This document shows, one piece after another, positions 19,873 through 28,724 of a stretch of 64,000 nucleotides of DNA. Source of the stretch: Myxococcota bacterium (GTDB lineage: Bacteria > Myxococcota_A > UBA9042 > PHBI01 > JAWLBL01); NCBI GenBank assembly GCA_041687695.1, contig JAWLBL010000013.1, forward strand, positions 1 to 64,000, given 5' to 3'. The stretch's first letter is position 1, and every line of letters starts with the position of its first letter. Made by a program: the position numbers and the translations under genes. The notes beneath the pieces are model-generated. The model ran no database searches and was not told the DNA's origin. It saw nothing but the letters and a program-made list of their open reading frames with translations.

Positions 19873-20472
19873 ATGACCCTCCGCGTCCTCGCCGTCGCCC
19901 TCGCCCTCCTCACCGGCTGCAGCCTGCCCTCTGGCGGCCGCGGCACCCCCGAGGAGGCGCACTACGCCGTCCTCACCGCCCGCCGGACGGGCGACCCGGG
20001 CGCCCTGTGGGATCTGCTGCACCCCGACGATCGCGCGCGCTTCGACGCCTGGATCGCCGCCGAGAAGGAGGCCGTCCGCACGATCTCGCTCGTCTACCCC
20101 GAGCCCGATCGCGCCCCGGCGCTGGCCGCCCTGGCGGACGGACGCCGCGCGTCGCTCGAAGACGGTCGCGCCCTGTTCGTCGCCCTCGCCAGCGGCGACG
20201 AGGCCCTGGCCGGTGGGACCCCGCTGCCCGATCCGGGGCCGTTCGCGACGCTGGGCGCACGGGCGCGCGCGGTCGCGGTCGCGGACGATCTGGCCACGGT
20301 CCGCACCTGGGGCGGAGACGAGATCCTGCTGCGGCGAGGCCCGGACGACGTCTGGTACGCGACCCTGCCGCCCGAGGTCGTGGTCGGCCTCGACGCCGCC
20401 GTCGAGCGCGCCAAGAAGAACCTGACCCGCGTCCGCGCCAACGTCGCCAAGCTGGCCCACAAGGCTCAGTAG
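19873..20472 (+). CDS. Hypothetical lipoprotein (possibly NTF2-like fold)
   Basis: MTLRVLAVALALLTGC lipobox; ALWDLLHP motif; typical codon bias. Confidence 0.7.
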   Translation: MTLRVLAVALALLTGCSLPSGGRGTPEEAHYAVLTARRTGDPGALWDLLHPDDRARFDAWIAAEKEAVRTISLVYPEPDRAPALAALADGRRASLEDGRALFVALASGDEALAGGTPLPDPGPFATLGARARAVAVADDLATVRTWGGDEILLRRGPDDVWYATLPPEVVVGLDAAVERAKKNLTRVRANVAKLAHKAQ

Positions 20473-21308
20473 CTCTGGCAGCGGCGGTCGCCCTCGCCGC
20501 ACTTGATGCGGACGTGGAAGTGGTAGGTGTGGCCGGCCGCGTGCCGGATGTAGGCCTGCCGGTGCGGCGGCGTCTCGAAGATGCGATCGAGGGCCTCGTC
20601 GCTCCAGCCCACCGAGCGCGCGTGCCGCCGCAGCGCGGGCTGCACCGAGCGGTTGACGAAGATGTACTCGACCCGGCCGGTCAGTAGCAGCGTCTCGATG
20701 AGGAACCAGCTCTTGTCGAGGTCGATGTCGTCGACCTGCAGGTCACCCTTGTAATGGCGCCGGACCGGGTTGCCCTTCTCGAAGAACGCGATGTCGACGT
20801 CGCGCCCGCTCTGGTGCGAGCGGTGCGGGCGCACGCGGCCGCCGCCCTCCTGGGAGATGTCGCCGACCAGCATCGGCTCGGTCCCCGGGTAGACCTCGAG
20901 CAGCCGCGCGCCCAGGTAGCGCAACAGGCCGATGGTCTCGTCGGTGCCGAAGTGGCGGTCGCGGTCGAGGCGCTTGAAGCCGGGCCCCTGGCGGGGCAGG
21001 GCCACGCCGCCGTCGAGGCGGCCCCGGTTCGGTTTGCCGACGCTGCGCGCCTGTCGCTTGCGCCCCGACGGCAGGAACTCCTCGAGGCGCGCGCCCGTCG
21101 GCGATGCCGTCGCGGCCTCGGCGGTGGCGGGCGGCGCTTGCTGGCGACGGCGCGCGGCCCGGCCGCTGACGATGTCGGCGAGCCGCTCGGGCCCGGCGAG
21201 CTGCGCCTCGGCCCGGGTGGGCGGGTGCGCGCTGGCCGGCCAGGGCTCCAGGGCGATCGCCAGGGCCACCAGGGCCCCGAGCGCCGCGCGCCGATGGCGG
21301 GGATGCAT
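20466..21308 (-). CDS. mepA: Penicillin-insensitive murein endopeptidase (MepA family)
   Basis: SVGKPNRGRLDGG, GDISQEGGG, HRSHQSGRDVD, GHTYHFHVRI zinc motifs; signal peptide. Confidence 0.88.
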   Translation of the reverse strand: MHPRHRRAALGALVALAIALEPWPASAHPPTRAEAQLAGPERLADIVSGRAARRRQQAPPATAEAATASPTGARLEEFLPSGRKRQARSVGKPNRGRLDGGVALPRQGPGFKRLDRDRHFGTDETIGLLRYLGARLLEVYPGTEPMLVGDISQEGGGRVRPHRSHQSGRDVDIAFFEKGNPVRRHYKGDLQVDDIDLDKSWFLIETLLLTGRVEYIFVNRSVQPALRRHARSVGWSDEALDRIFETPPHRQAYIRHAAGHTYHFHVRIKCGEGDRRCQSY

Positions 21309-21492
21309 GGTCGCAGTCTAGCCATTCGGCGTGAGCGCGCCAGAATCGCCGGACTAACGCCTGCTGACACCGCGGCGCCGAGGTCGCGTCCGTCGCGGCG
21401 GCCGAGCCTTCGACCGTCCATGTCCTGCGAGCCGCCTTGACCCGGCGCGCGCCCGGGCGGGATACTGACCACCCCCACCCCTCGGAGCAGCC

Positions 21493-21999
21493 ATGATCCC
21501 TTCGCACCCGCTGACCCGCTCGCTCCTCCGGCTCGCGCTCGCCGCGCTCCTCGCCGCGTCCGTCGTCGCCACCGCCTCCGCCCAGACCCCCGAACGCAAG
21601 GTGGTCGAGCCGGCCGCCGGCTCCCCCGACGAGGTGGTTCAGCGCGCGATGTCGGCCGCGCTCGACCCCAACGAGGAGGCCGGGTTCGAGGCCTATCTGG
21701 CCTTGATGCACCCCGACCACAAGGCCACGCGGACGGCCGAGCAGCACATCCGCAAGTTCTCGTGGAAGCGTTTCCGCAAGCAGGTGCGCGACTATCTGGT
21801 CGCCGACGACAAGGCGCCCGCGGGGCGGCCGGTCTTCGTCGTCGTGCGGCAGGATCCCGAGTCCCTGGGGGCCGACGACAAGAAGGTGCGCCTGTTCGTC
21901 CGGGCGTCGGCCAACAAGCGACGCGAGCTGCCGACGCCCATTCGCCTGCAGCGCGAGGGTGACGCGGGCGCGTGGCGCATCACCGAGAACTCGCTCTGA
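21493..21999 (+). CDS. Exported hypothetical protein
   Basis: ggag RBS; signal peptide ending ATASA; YLALMHPD...WRITENSL; typical codon bias. Confidence 0.75.
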   Translation: MIPSHPLTRSLLRLALAALLAASVVATASAQTPERKVVEPAAGSPDEVVQRAMSAALDPNEEAGFEAYLALMHPDHKATRTAEQHIRKFSWKRFRKQVRDYLVADDKAPAGRPVFVVVRQDPESLGADDKKVRLFVRASANKRRELPTPIRLQREGDAGAWRITENSL

Positions 22000-22061
22000 G
22001 GCGGGCGGGCGGGCGGCGGCCGGGCGACGACGGCGGACCCTGACGCGGCGAGGACGGCGCC

Positions 22062-22739
22062 TTGGAGACGGTGGTCGTGATCACGGCGTCCAGGCCGACC
22101 GACAGCGACGTCGTGGCGGCGCTGCGCGAGGCCGGGCTGCGCGTCCGGCCGCGGCGGCTGGTCGACGCCGTCGACGAGATCATGGTCGAGCGGCCCGACG
22201 TCATCGTGCTCGACATCCCCGAGGATCGGCGGGTGCGGCCGCTGGTCGAGGCGGTCGCGGCCGCGCCCGACACCGACGGCGTGCCGCTGGTCGTGATCGT
22301 CGGGCCGCTGGGGCTGACGGAGGCGAGCGGCGTGTCGCGCGTGACCGACATGGTGCTGCGGCCGCTGCGGCCGGCCGAGGTGGTCGCGCGCGTCCGGCGG
22401 CCGCTGGCCGTGCGCAGCCAACGCAGCGGCGACCGCATCCTGGTGGGCGGGTTGGTCATCGATCTGAAGGGCTACGAGGCGACCATCGACGGTCAGCCCA
22501 TCGATCTGACCTACCAGGAGTTCGAGCTGATGAAGTTCCTGGCCGCGCACCCCGGCCAGGCCTTCACGCGCGACCAGCTGCTCAGCCGCGTGTGGGGCTA
22601 CGACTACTACGGCGGCTCGCGCACGGTGGACATCCACGTGCGGCGCATCCGGGCCAAGCTCGGCCACCCGTACGCGGGCTGCGTGCAGACGGTGCGCCAC
22701 GTCGGCTACAAGTGGGGCCAGCCGGACGACGGCGGCTGA
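22062..22739 (+). CDS. glnR: OmpR-family winged-helix regulator with atypical receiver (GlnR-like)
   Basis: DLTYQEFELMKFLAAHPGQAFTRDQLLSRVWGYDYYGGSRTVDIHVRRIRAKLG resembles actinobacterial GlnR; no adjacent kinase; directly upstream of a glnA-like gene. Confidence 0.7.
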   Translation: METVVVITASRPTDSDVVAALREAGLRVRPRRLVDAVDEIMVERPDVIVLDIPEDRRVRPLVEAVAAAPDTDGVPLVVIVGPLGLTEASGVSRVTDMVLRPLRPAEVVARVRRPLAVRSQRSGDRILVGGLVIDLKGYEATIDGQPIDLTYQEFELMKFLAAHPGQAFTRDQLLSRVWGYDYYGGSRTVDIHVRRIRAKLGHPYAGCVQTVRHVGYKWGQPDDGG

Positions 22740-22758
22740 GGCCAGGCAGGAGGCGAGA

Positions 22759-24069
22759 GTGTCCGAAGCGAGAGGTCACGAGTACGTCCTGCGCCAGGTG
22801 CGCGAGGCGCGCGTCAAGCTCATCGCGCTGTGGTTCTCGGACGTGATGGGGCGCCTCAAGAGCGTGGCCATCACGGACGAGCAGCTCGAGCAGGCCCTGC
22901 AGGACGGGGTGCCCTTCGACGGGGGCACGATGCTCGGGCGCGCCCGCAGCGAGGAGACCGATCTCCTGCTGCTGCCCGACCCCAAGACCTTCGCCATCCT
23001 GCCGTGGCGGGCCGAGGAGCCGCGGGTCGCGCGCATGTTCTGCGACCTCGTCCAGACCGACGGGCGCCCGTGCGACCACGACCCGCGCAGCGTGCTCAAG
23101 CGCGCCCTGTCGGCGGCGCGGGGGCAGGGCTACACGTTCTATGTGGGCTGCGAGGTCGAGCACTACTACTTCAAGTCGCCGACCCTGCCGCTCGCCCCGG
23201 TCGATCGCGGCGGCTACTTCGACGTGACGCCCTCTGACGAGTGGACCGATCTGCGGCGCGACACGGTGCTGGCGCTCGAGCAGCTCGGCATCGCGGTCGA
23301 GTCGACCCACCACGAGGTCGGCCCGGGACAGTACGAGGTCCGCCTGCAGTACAGCGACGCGCTGTCCATGGCCGACGCGCTGATGACCCACCGCCTGGTC
23401 GTCAAGCAGATGGCGCACGCCTACGGGATGGCCGCCTCCTTCATGCCCAAGCCGCTCGCCGACGAGAACGGTAGCGGCCTGCACCTGCACCTGTCGCTGG
23501 TCGAGGAGGGCGAGGACGCCTTCGGCGGCGGCGCCGACCCGAGCGAGCTGTCCCCGGTGGCCCGGGCCTTCGTCGCCGGCTTGCTCGAGCACGCCCCCGG
23601 CGTGGCCCTGGTCACCAACCCCTGGGTCAACAGCTACAAGCGCCTGGTCCCCGGGTTCGAGGCGCCCACCCGCTGCACCTGGGCGCGCAGCGCCACCACC
23701 ACCTGGAGCGACCTGGTGAGGGTCCCGACCACCACCGGCTCGGGCGGGCGCTGGGTCGAGTTCCGCGCCCCCGATCCCGCCTGCAACCCCTACCTGGCCC
23801 TCGCCACCGTCCTGGCCGCCGGCCTCGACGGCGTCCGCCGCGGCGTCGAGCCCCCCGCGCCCCGCTCCGGCCGCGGCGAGGTCGACGCCCCCGGCCTTCC
23901 GCGATCCCTCGACGAGGCCGCCACGCGCGCCGAGCGCTCGACCCTGCTGCGCGAGGTGCTCGGGGCGCCCCTCACCGCCACCCTCGTCGAGAACGCCCGC
24001 CTCGAGTGGCGCGCCTACCACGCCCACGTGACCCAGTGGGAGCTCGATCGCTACTTCCCCTCGCTCTGA
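22759..24069 (+). CDS. glnA: Glutamine synthetase family protein (type I, divergent)
   Basis: FDG, ExE, HHEVGPGQYE, FMPKP, NGSGLHLHLS, NSYKRLVPGFEAP, EFRAPDPACNPYL; the usual NRS motif is absent. Confidence 0.85.
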   Translation: MSEARGHEYVLRQVREARVKLIALWFSDVMGRLKSVAITDEQLEQALQDGVPFDGGTMLGRARSEETDLLLLPDPKTFAILPWRAEEPRVARMFCDLVQTDGRPCDHDPRSVLKRALSAARGQGYTFYVGCEVEHYYFKSPTLPLAPVDRGGYFDVTPSDEWTDLRRDTVLALEQLGIAVESTHHEVGPGQYEVRLQYSDALSMADALMTHRLVVKQMAHAYGMAASFMPKPLADENGSGLHLHLSLVEEGEDAFGGGADPSELSPVARAFVAGLLEHAPGVALVTNPWVNSYKRLVPGFEAPTRCTWARSATTTWSDLVRVPTTTGSGGRWVEFRAPDPACNPYLALATVLAAGLDGVRRGVEPPAPRSGRGEVDAPGLPRSLDEAATRAERSTLLREVLGAPLTATLVENARLEWRAYHAHVTQWELDRYFPSL

Positions 24070-24387
24070 GGCGCCACGCGGGCCCCGAGCCCGTCCCCGG
24101 CTACGCCACCGTCCCCGGCCCCGACCACCGCGCTCGGTGCCCTCGGGGTCGACAGGGCCGGGGGCTTGGCGCATCATCCCGGGCCTCTCGTTCCTTCGGG
24201 CAGCTCCGGCCGCGGCTCTTGACCGGGGTCAGAGCGTGCCTATTCCCACCGCCCATTACGCGTCGCGGGCCGCGCTCCCTGCTGGGGGCCACCGGACCGC
24301 GCGTGACGCCGCGCGCGTCACCTCGCGCTCTGGCGGTCATCCGTTCGCGTCTCGCGAACCTACCATCCATCGACGGAGTCATCCCCC

Positions 24388-24915
24388 ATGCTCGCACCCG
24401 GACAGCGCTTCCCCCAGTTCAAGGCCCCGGCCTGTGTCAGCATCGAGAAGGGCCAGGAGTTCCAGACCCTCACGAACAACTACTTCGAGGGCAAGTGGGG
24501 CGTCGTCTACTTCTACCCCAAGGACTTCACCTTCGTGTGCCCGACCGAGATCGTCGAGTTCGACAACAAACTCGGTGACTTCGCCGACCGCGACGCGGTC
24601 GTCATCGGCGCCAGCACGGACAACGAGTTCTCGCACCTCGCCTGGCGCCGCGACCACGAGGACCTCCGCAAGCTCGAGCACCCGCTGCTCGCGGGCCAGA
24701 AGCTGGCCGCCGATCTCGGCATCCTGCACCCCGAGGAGAGCGTCGCCCTCCGCGCGACCTACATCATCGACCCGCAGGGCATCATCCGCTTCGCTTCGGC
24801 CAACGACCTCAGCGTCGGCCGCAACGTGGCCGAGGTCCTGCGCGTCCTCGACGGCCTGCAGACCGACGAGCTGTGCCCCTGCAACTGGCAGCCGGGCCAG
24901 CAGACCCTGGGCTGA
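24388..24915 (+). CDS. ahpC: Peroxiredoxin AhpC
   Basis: FYPKDFTFVCPTEI, SVGRNVAEVLRVLD, ELCPCNW. Confidence 0.96.
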   Translation: MLAPGQRFPQFKAPACVSIEKGQEFQTLTNNYFEGKWGVVYFYPKDFTFVCPTEIVEFDNKLGDFADRDAVVIGASTDNEFSHLAWRRDHEDLRKLEHPLLAGQKLAADLGILHPEESVALRATYIIDPQGIIRFASANDLSVGRNVAEVLRVLDGLQTDELCPCNWQPGQQTLG

Positions 24916-25017
24916 TCCCGCCCCGACCGCTCCAGCGCGGCCGCCACCCTCTCCGCGGGGTGCGCGGCCGCGCGCGTTTTGGCCACCCACCCCCGCTCAA
25001 CCTGCCGAGGATCCCCG

Positions 25018-25542
25018 ATGCAAGCGCTCGACCAGCTGCGTGAGGCCTTCCCCGAGGCCGCCAAGGACATCAAGCTCAACCTCCAGTCGGTGCTCCAGCC
25101 CGGTGGGCCGCTGTCGGACGCCCAGCGCTGGGGCGTGGCCGTCGCGACCGCCATCGCCAGCCGCAACCCCCGTCTGCGCGACGCCGTGCTGGCCGACGCC
25201 CAGCAGGTCGTCGACGCCAACGTCATCGACGACGCCCGCGCCGCGGCCGCCCTGATGGCGATGAACAACGTCTACTACCGCTTCCGCCACGCCATCGGCA
25301 AAGACGACTACCAGCAGCGCCCCGCCCGCCTGCGCATGAACCGCATCGTCCGCCCGGCCACGACCAAGGTGGACTTCGAGCTGTTCTGCCTCGCGGTCAG
25401 CGCCCTCAACAACTGCACCGCCTGCATGGTCAGCCACGAGACGACCGTCCTCGAGCACGGCCTGACCTTCGAGCACGTCCACGACGCCGTCCGCATCGCC
25501 GCCACGATGCACGCCGCCGCGCTCTCGCTCGAGCTGGGCTGA
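25018..25542 (+). CDS. ahpD: Alkylhydroperoxidase AhpD
   Basis: AKDIKLNL, MAMNNVYYRF, RLRMN, CxxC (NNCTACMVSH); follows ahpC. Confidence 0.94.
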   Translation: MQALDQLREAFPEAAKDIKLNLQSVLQPGGPLSDAQRWGVAVATAIASRNPRLRDAVLADAQQVVDANVIDDARAAAALMAMNNVYYRFRHAIGKDDYQQRPARLRMNRIVRPATTKVDFELFCLAVSALNNCTACMVSHETTVLEHGLTFEHVHDAVRIAATMHAAALSLELG

Positions 25543-25607
25543 CCCGACGCCGGCCGCAGGCCCGTGGGCCGTGGGCCGTGGGCCGTCGTCCATGGTTCGT
25601 GGCCACG

Positions 25608-25763
25608 GTCCGTGGCCGTAGTCCGTGGCCGTAGTCCGTGGCCGTAGTCCGTGGCCGTTGTCCGTGGCCGTAGTCCGTGGCCGTAGTCCGTGGCCGTAGT
25701 CCGTGGCCGTGGTCCGTGGCCGTAGTCCGTGGCCGTAGTCCGGGGCCGTGGTCCGTGGCCGTG
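25608..25763. repeat. 13-bp tandem repeat (gtccgtggccgta) x12
   Basis: Counted directly; a few single-base variants; preceded by ccgtggg heptamers from 25561. Confidence 0.95.
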
Positions 25764-25767
25764 GTCC

Positions 25768-26583
25768 ACAGCGCCGGCATGGTCGTTTCGTTCCGCCGCC
25801 GCAGGCGGCTTTGGAGCGCGCAGGCCTTGCCTGCGCTGTGCGATTGTAGCGAAGGCTCTTGAGCCCCGGTGCTCGCGACAGCGCCGGCCTGGCCGTTTCG
25901 TTCCGCCGCCGCAGGCGGCTTTGGAGCGCGCAGGCCTTGCCTGCGCTATGCGATTGTAGCGAAGGCTCTTGAGCCCCGGTGCTCGCGACAGCGCCGGCAT
26001 GGCCGGCGCGGTCCACAGCGCCGGCATGGCCGGCGCGGGGCCCTGCGACGATCCTCGCGACCGGGGTGTCGTTCCGCCGCCGCAGGCGGCTCTGGAGCGC
26101 GCAGGCCTTGCCTGCGCTGTGCGATTGTAGCGAAGGCTCTTGAGCCCCGGGGCTCGCGACAGCGCCGGCATGGCCGGCGCGGGGCCCTGCGACGATCCTC
26201 GCGACCGGGGTGTCGTTCCGCCGCCGCAGGCGGCTCTGGAGCGCGCAGGCCTTGCCTGCGCTGTGCGATGGCAGCGAAGCCACTGAACCCGGGGCTCGCC
26301 ACAACGCCGGCCTGGCCGGCGCGGTCCACAGCGCCGGCATGGCCGGCGCGGGGCCCTGCGACGATCCTCGCGACCGGGGTGTCGTTCCGCCGCCGCAGGC
26401 GGCTTTGGAGCGCGCAGGCCTTGCCTGCGCTGTGCGATTGTAGCGAAGCCACTGAACCCGGGGCTCGCCACAACGCCGGCCTGGCCGTTTCGTTCCGCCG
26501 CCGCAGACGGCTTTGGAGCGCACAGGCCTGCCTGCGCTGTGCGATTGTAGCGCAGCGCCTGAACCCAGGGCTCGCGACAGCGT
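25768..26583. repeat. Mosaic array of six REP-like multi-hairpin units
   Basis: Core tcgttccgccgccgcaggcggctttggagcgcgcaggccttgcctgcgctgtgcgattgtagcg starts at 25788, 25898, 26069, 26213, 26382 and 26490; linkers reuse the same modules. Confidence 0.92.
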
Positions 26584-26584
26584 C

Positions 26585-26720
26585 GGACCCGGCCACGGAC
26601 CCGGCCACGGACCACGGACCACGGACCCGGCCACGGACCCGGCCACGGGCCACGGACCACGGCCCCGGCCCCGGCCCCGGCCACGGACCACGGCCACGGC
26701 CACGGACCACGGCCACGGCC
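26585..26720. repeat. Short-unit repeat tract (ccacgga/ccacgg/cccgg), reverse complement of the 25608-25763 unit
   Basis: Contains ggccacggac, the reverse complement of gtccgtggcc. Confidence 0.85.
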
Positions 26721-26742
26721 CGCGGAGGCGCGCCACCGCGCG

Positions 26743-28683
26743 TCACTCCAGCAGGTCGCCCGGCTCCTTGAGCAGATTCATCACCTGGTAGTTGTTCAGG
26801 GTGAAGACCTGTCCGGCCAGCGGGCCCGTCTCGGCCGTGGCCCAGGGGTCGCTGCCCTCGGTGACCTTGCTCACCAGCAGGACGTGCTTGGCGCCGTCGC
26901 TCAGGGTCGCCGTCACGCGGTAGGCGTCGGCGGCGCTCAGGCCCACCTCGGCGGGCTTCTTGGTGTCGCCGAAGGCCTTGGCGCGCAGGTTGGGCAGGGT
27001 GCTGCCCAGCGAGGTGACCGCCGCCGCCTTGGGCTGCTTGCCCTCGGGCACGTCCAGCAGGGCCAGCGGTTGCCCGGCTTCGGCGCGGGCCAGCGTCACC
27101 TTCACCTCGCCGCCGGGCCAGGCGACCTCGAGCCGGTCGATGGCGTCGGCCCCGAAGCCGAAGACCTTCTTGCTGCGCAGGTCGTCCACGGCCTTGCGAT
27201 AGCGCGTGGCCGCGTAGTCGTTGACCAGCACCCAGGCTGTGGGCTCGCCGCCCACCGGGCCGACGGCCGCCCAGCGCTCGCCGCGGTACCCCTCGGCCTC
27301 CATCTTGGGGCCGAAGGCCAGCGCCCAGGCCTGCCCGCCCGCGGTCAGCTCGGCCGTGAACTCGGGCTGCGCGGTCGCCGCCCGGGCCGCCTCGGCCTCG
27401 TCGGCGCGCGCGTGACGCGTCGCCTTGGCGTCCACCACCGAGGTCAGGACGCTGGCCACATCGGCCTGGAACGTCGCGGCCGGCTCGACGAATCGCCAGC
27501 CGTCGCCGGCCCGCTCGACCACGACCGCGCCACCGCCCTCGGGCGAAAAGCGCACCCGGGTGACCGCCTCGGACGTCGTCGGGGTCAGCCGGCGGTCGCG
27601 CACGTCGGCCACGGTCTTGCGCAGGGTGTCCGCGGCGTACTCGTCGAGCTGCAGCACCTCGTCGGCGCCGACGACGCGCGCCCAGACCTCGTCGCCGCGG
27701 CCGTCGGTCACCTCGACCGCGACGGCCTGGCCGTCGTGGGTGCGGCCCTCGACCTTCCACAGAGGGCCCTCGAAGGCGCCCGGCGGCGCCTCGGACGGAG
27801 GCGCGAACTTGCGCGTGCGCAGGCTGGCCAGGTTGCGCGCCAGGTGCCCGGCCGAGCTGTCGGCCTCGACGCCGGCGGGCGCCTCGATGCGCCAGGTGAC
27901 CTCGGGCTTGGCGGGCGCCGCCCCGGCCTCGGCCGCGTCGCCGGTCTGCGCGGACGGCGCCTCGACCCGGTCGCCGGCCAGCACCAGCCGTTCGCCGCTG
28001 GGTGCGGTCACGGTCACGCCGACCAGGTCCTCGGTCGCCAGGCTGCCGAAGACCTTCTTGTCGCGCAGATCGTCGACCTTGGACTCGAACGGCTCGCGCA
28101 GATCCTTGCCCGCGATGCGATAGACGGTCGCCTCGTCGCCCTTGGCCATGACCCAGGTGTCCTTGGCCATGCCGCCGTCGGCGGCCTCGGTCTCGCTGGA
28201 CTCGACCTTGCCGACGATGAGGTCCACCCCGTTCCACACGGCGCCCTGGCTCTTGAGGGTCACCGCGATGCGCCGCTCGGGCTCGAGATCGAACAGCGGC
28301 AGGTCCTCGGCCTTCACCTTCTTGGCGTAGATGCTGCTGGTCTCGTCCTTGAAGGCGGTCACCATCTTGTCGACCGACCACTTCACGGCCAGGGCCTGCC
28401 GCGGCTCGACCATCTGCCAGGTCAGGGCCTTGCCCTCGCCCTGCCGGACGAAGCGCAGCCGCTCGCCCTGCCGCTCGACGACGATCTCGTCGACCGGGTG
28501 GGCGATCTCGGGCCCCGCGTCCAGCATGCCCTTGTTCTTCTCGGCGGCGAGCTGCTCGGCCGTCGCGTAGCCGGCGATCTTCAGCGGCGCCGCCTCGCGC
28601 ACCTCGGGCGGCCGCGTCATGAACCAGGTGGCGGCCCCGAGGATCCCCACGGTCGCCACGAGCATCAGGGTCGTCTTGTTCAT
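26743..28683 (-). CDS. DUF4340 domain protein (about three repeats), partner of the Gld-type ABC system
   Basis: N-terminal membrane anchor; recurring DDLRDKKVF / DVRDRRL / DDLRSKKVF motifs and W-x-I/M-V-E-P segments; downstream of the GldG-like gene. Confidence 0.8.
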   Translation of the reverse strand: MNKTTLMLVATVGILGAATWFMTRPPEVREAAPLKIAGYATAEQLAAEKNKGMLDAGPEIAHPVDEIVVERQGERLRFVRQGEGKALTWQMVEPRQALAVKWSVDKMVTAFKDETSSIYAKKVKAEDLPLFDLEPERRIAVTLKSQGAVWNGVDLIVGKVESSETEAADGGMAKDTWVMAKGDEATVYRIAGKDLREPFESKVDDLRDKKVFGSLATEDLVGVTVTAPSGERLVLAGDRVEAPSAQTGDAAEAGAAPAKPEVTWRIEAPAGVEADSSAGHLARNLASLRTRKFAPPSEAPPGAFEGPLWKVEGRTHDGQAVAVEVTDGRGDEVWARVVGADEVLQLDEYAADTLRKTVADVRDRRLTPTTSEAVTRVRFSPEGGGAVVVERAGDGWRFVEPAATFQADVASVLTSVVDAKATRHARADEAEAARAATAQPEFTAELTAGGQAWALAFGPKMEAEGYRGERWAAVGPVGGEPTAWVLVNDYAATRYRKAVDDLRSKKVFGFGADAIDRLEVAWPGGEVKVTLARAEAGQPLALLDVPEGKQPKAAAVTSLGSTLPNLRAKAFGDTKKPAEVGLSAADAYRVTATLSDGAKHVLLVSKVTEGSDPWATAETGPLAGQVFTLNNYQVMNLLKEPGDLLE

Positions 28684-28724
28684 CGCAAGCGTCTCCTTGG
28701 GTCAGGCGAAAGGGTCGGTCCCGC

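Noticed and set aside
24216..24246. TGACC-N2-GGTCA palindrome over a TTGACC/TATTCC promoter-like pair upstream of ahpC
   Set aside because: Short, single and plausible by chance in GC-rich DNA; I cannot assign a regulator.
25768..26583. Possible CRISPR array
   Set aside because: Units are about 65 bp or longer, the intervening sequences reuse the same modules rather than being unique spacers, spacing is irregular (108-171 bp), and there are no cas genes.
24997..26771. Long ORFs spanning the repeat region (579, 458 and 300 aa)
   Set aside because: Translations merely mirror the DNA repeats in several frames; no RBS or domain; stop-poor GC-rich repeats explain them.
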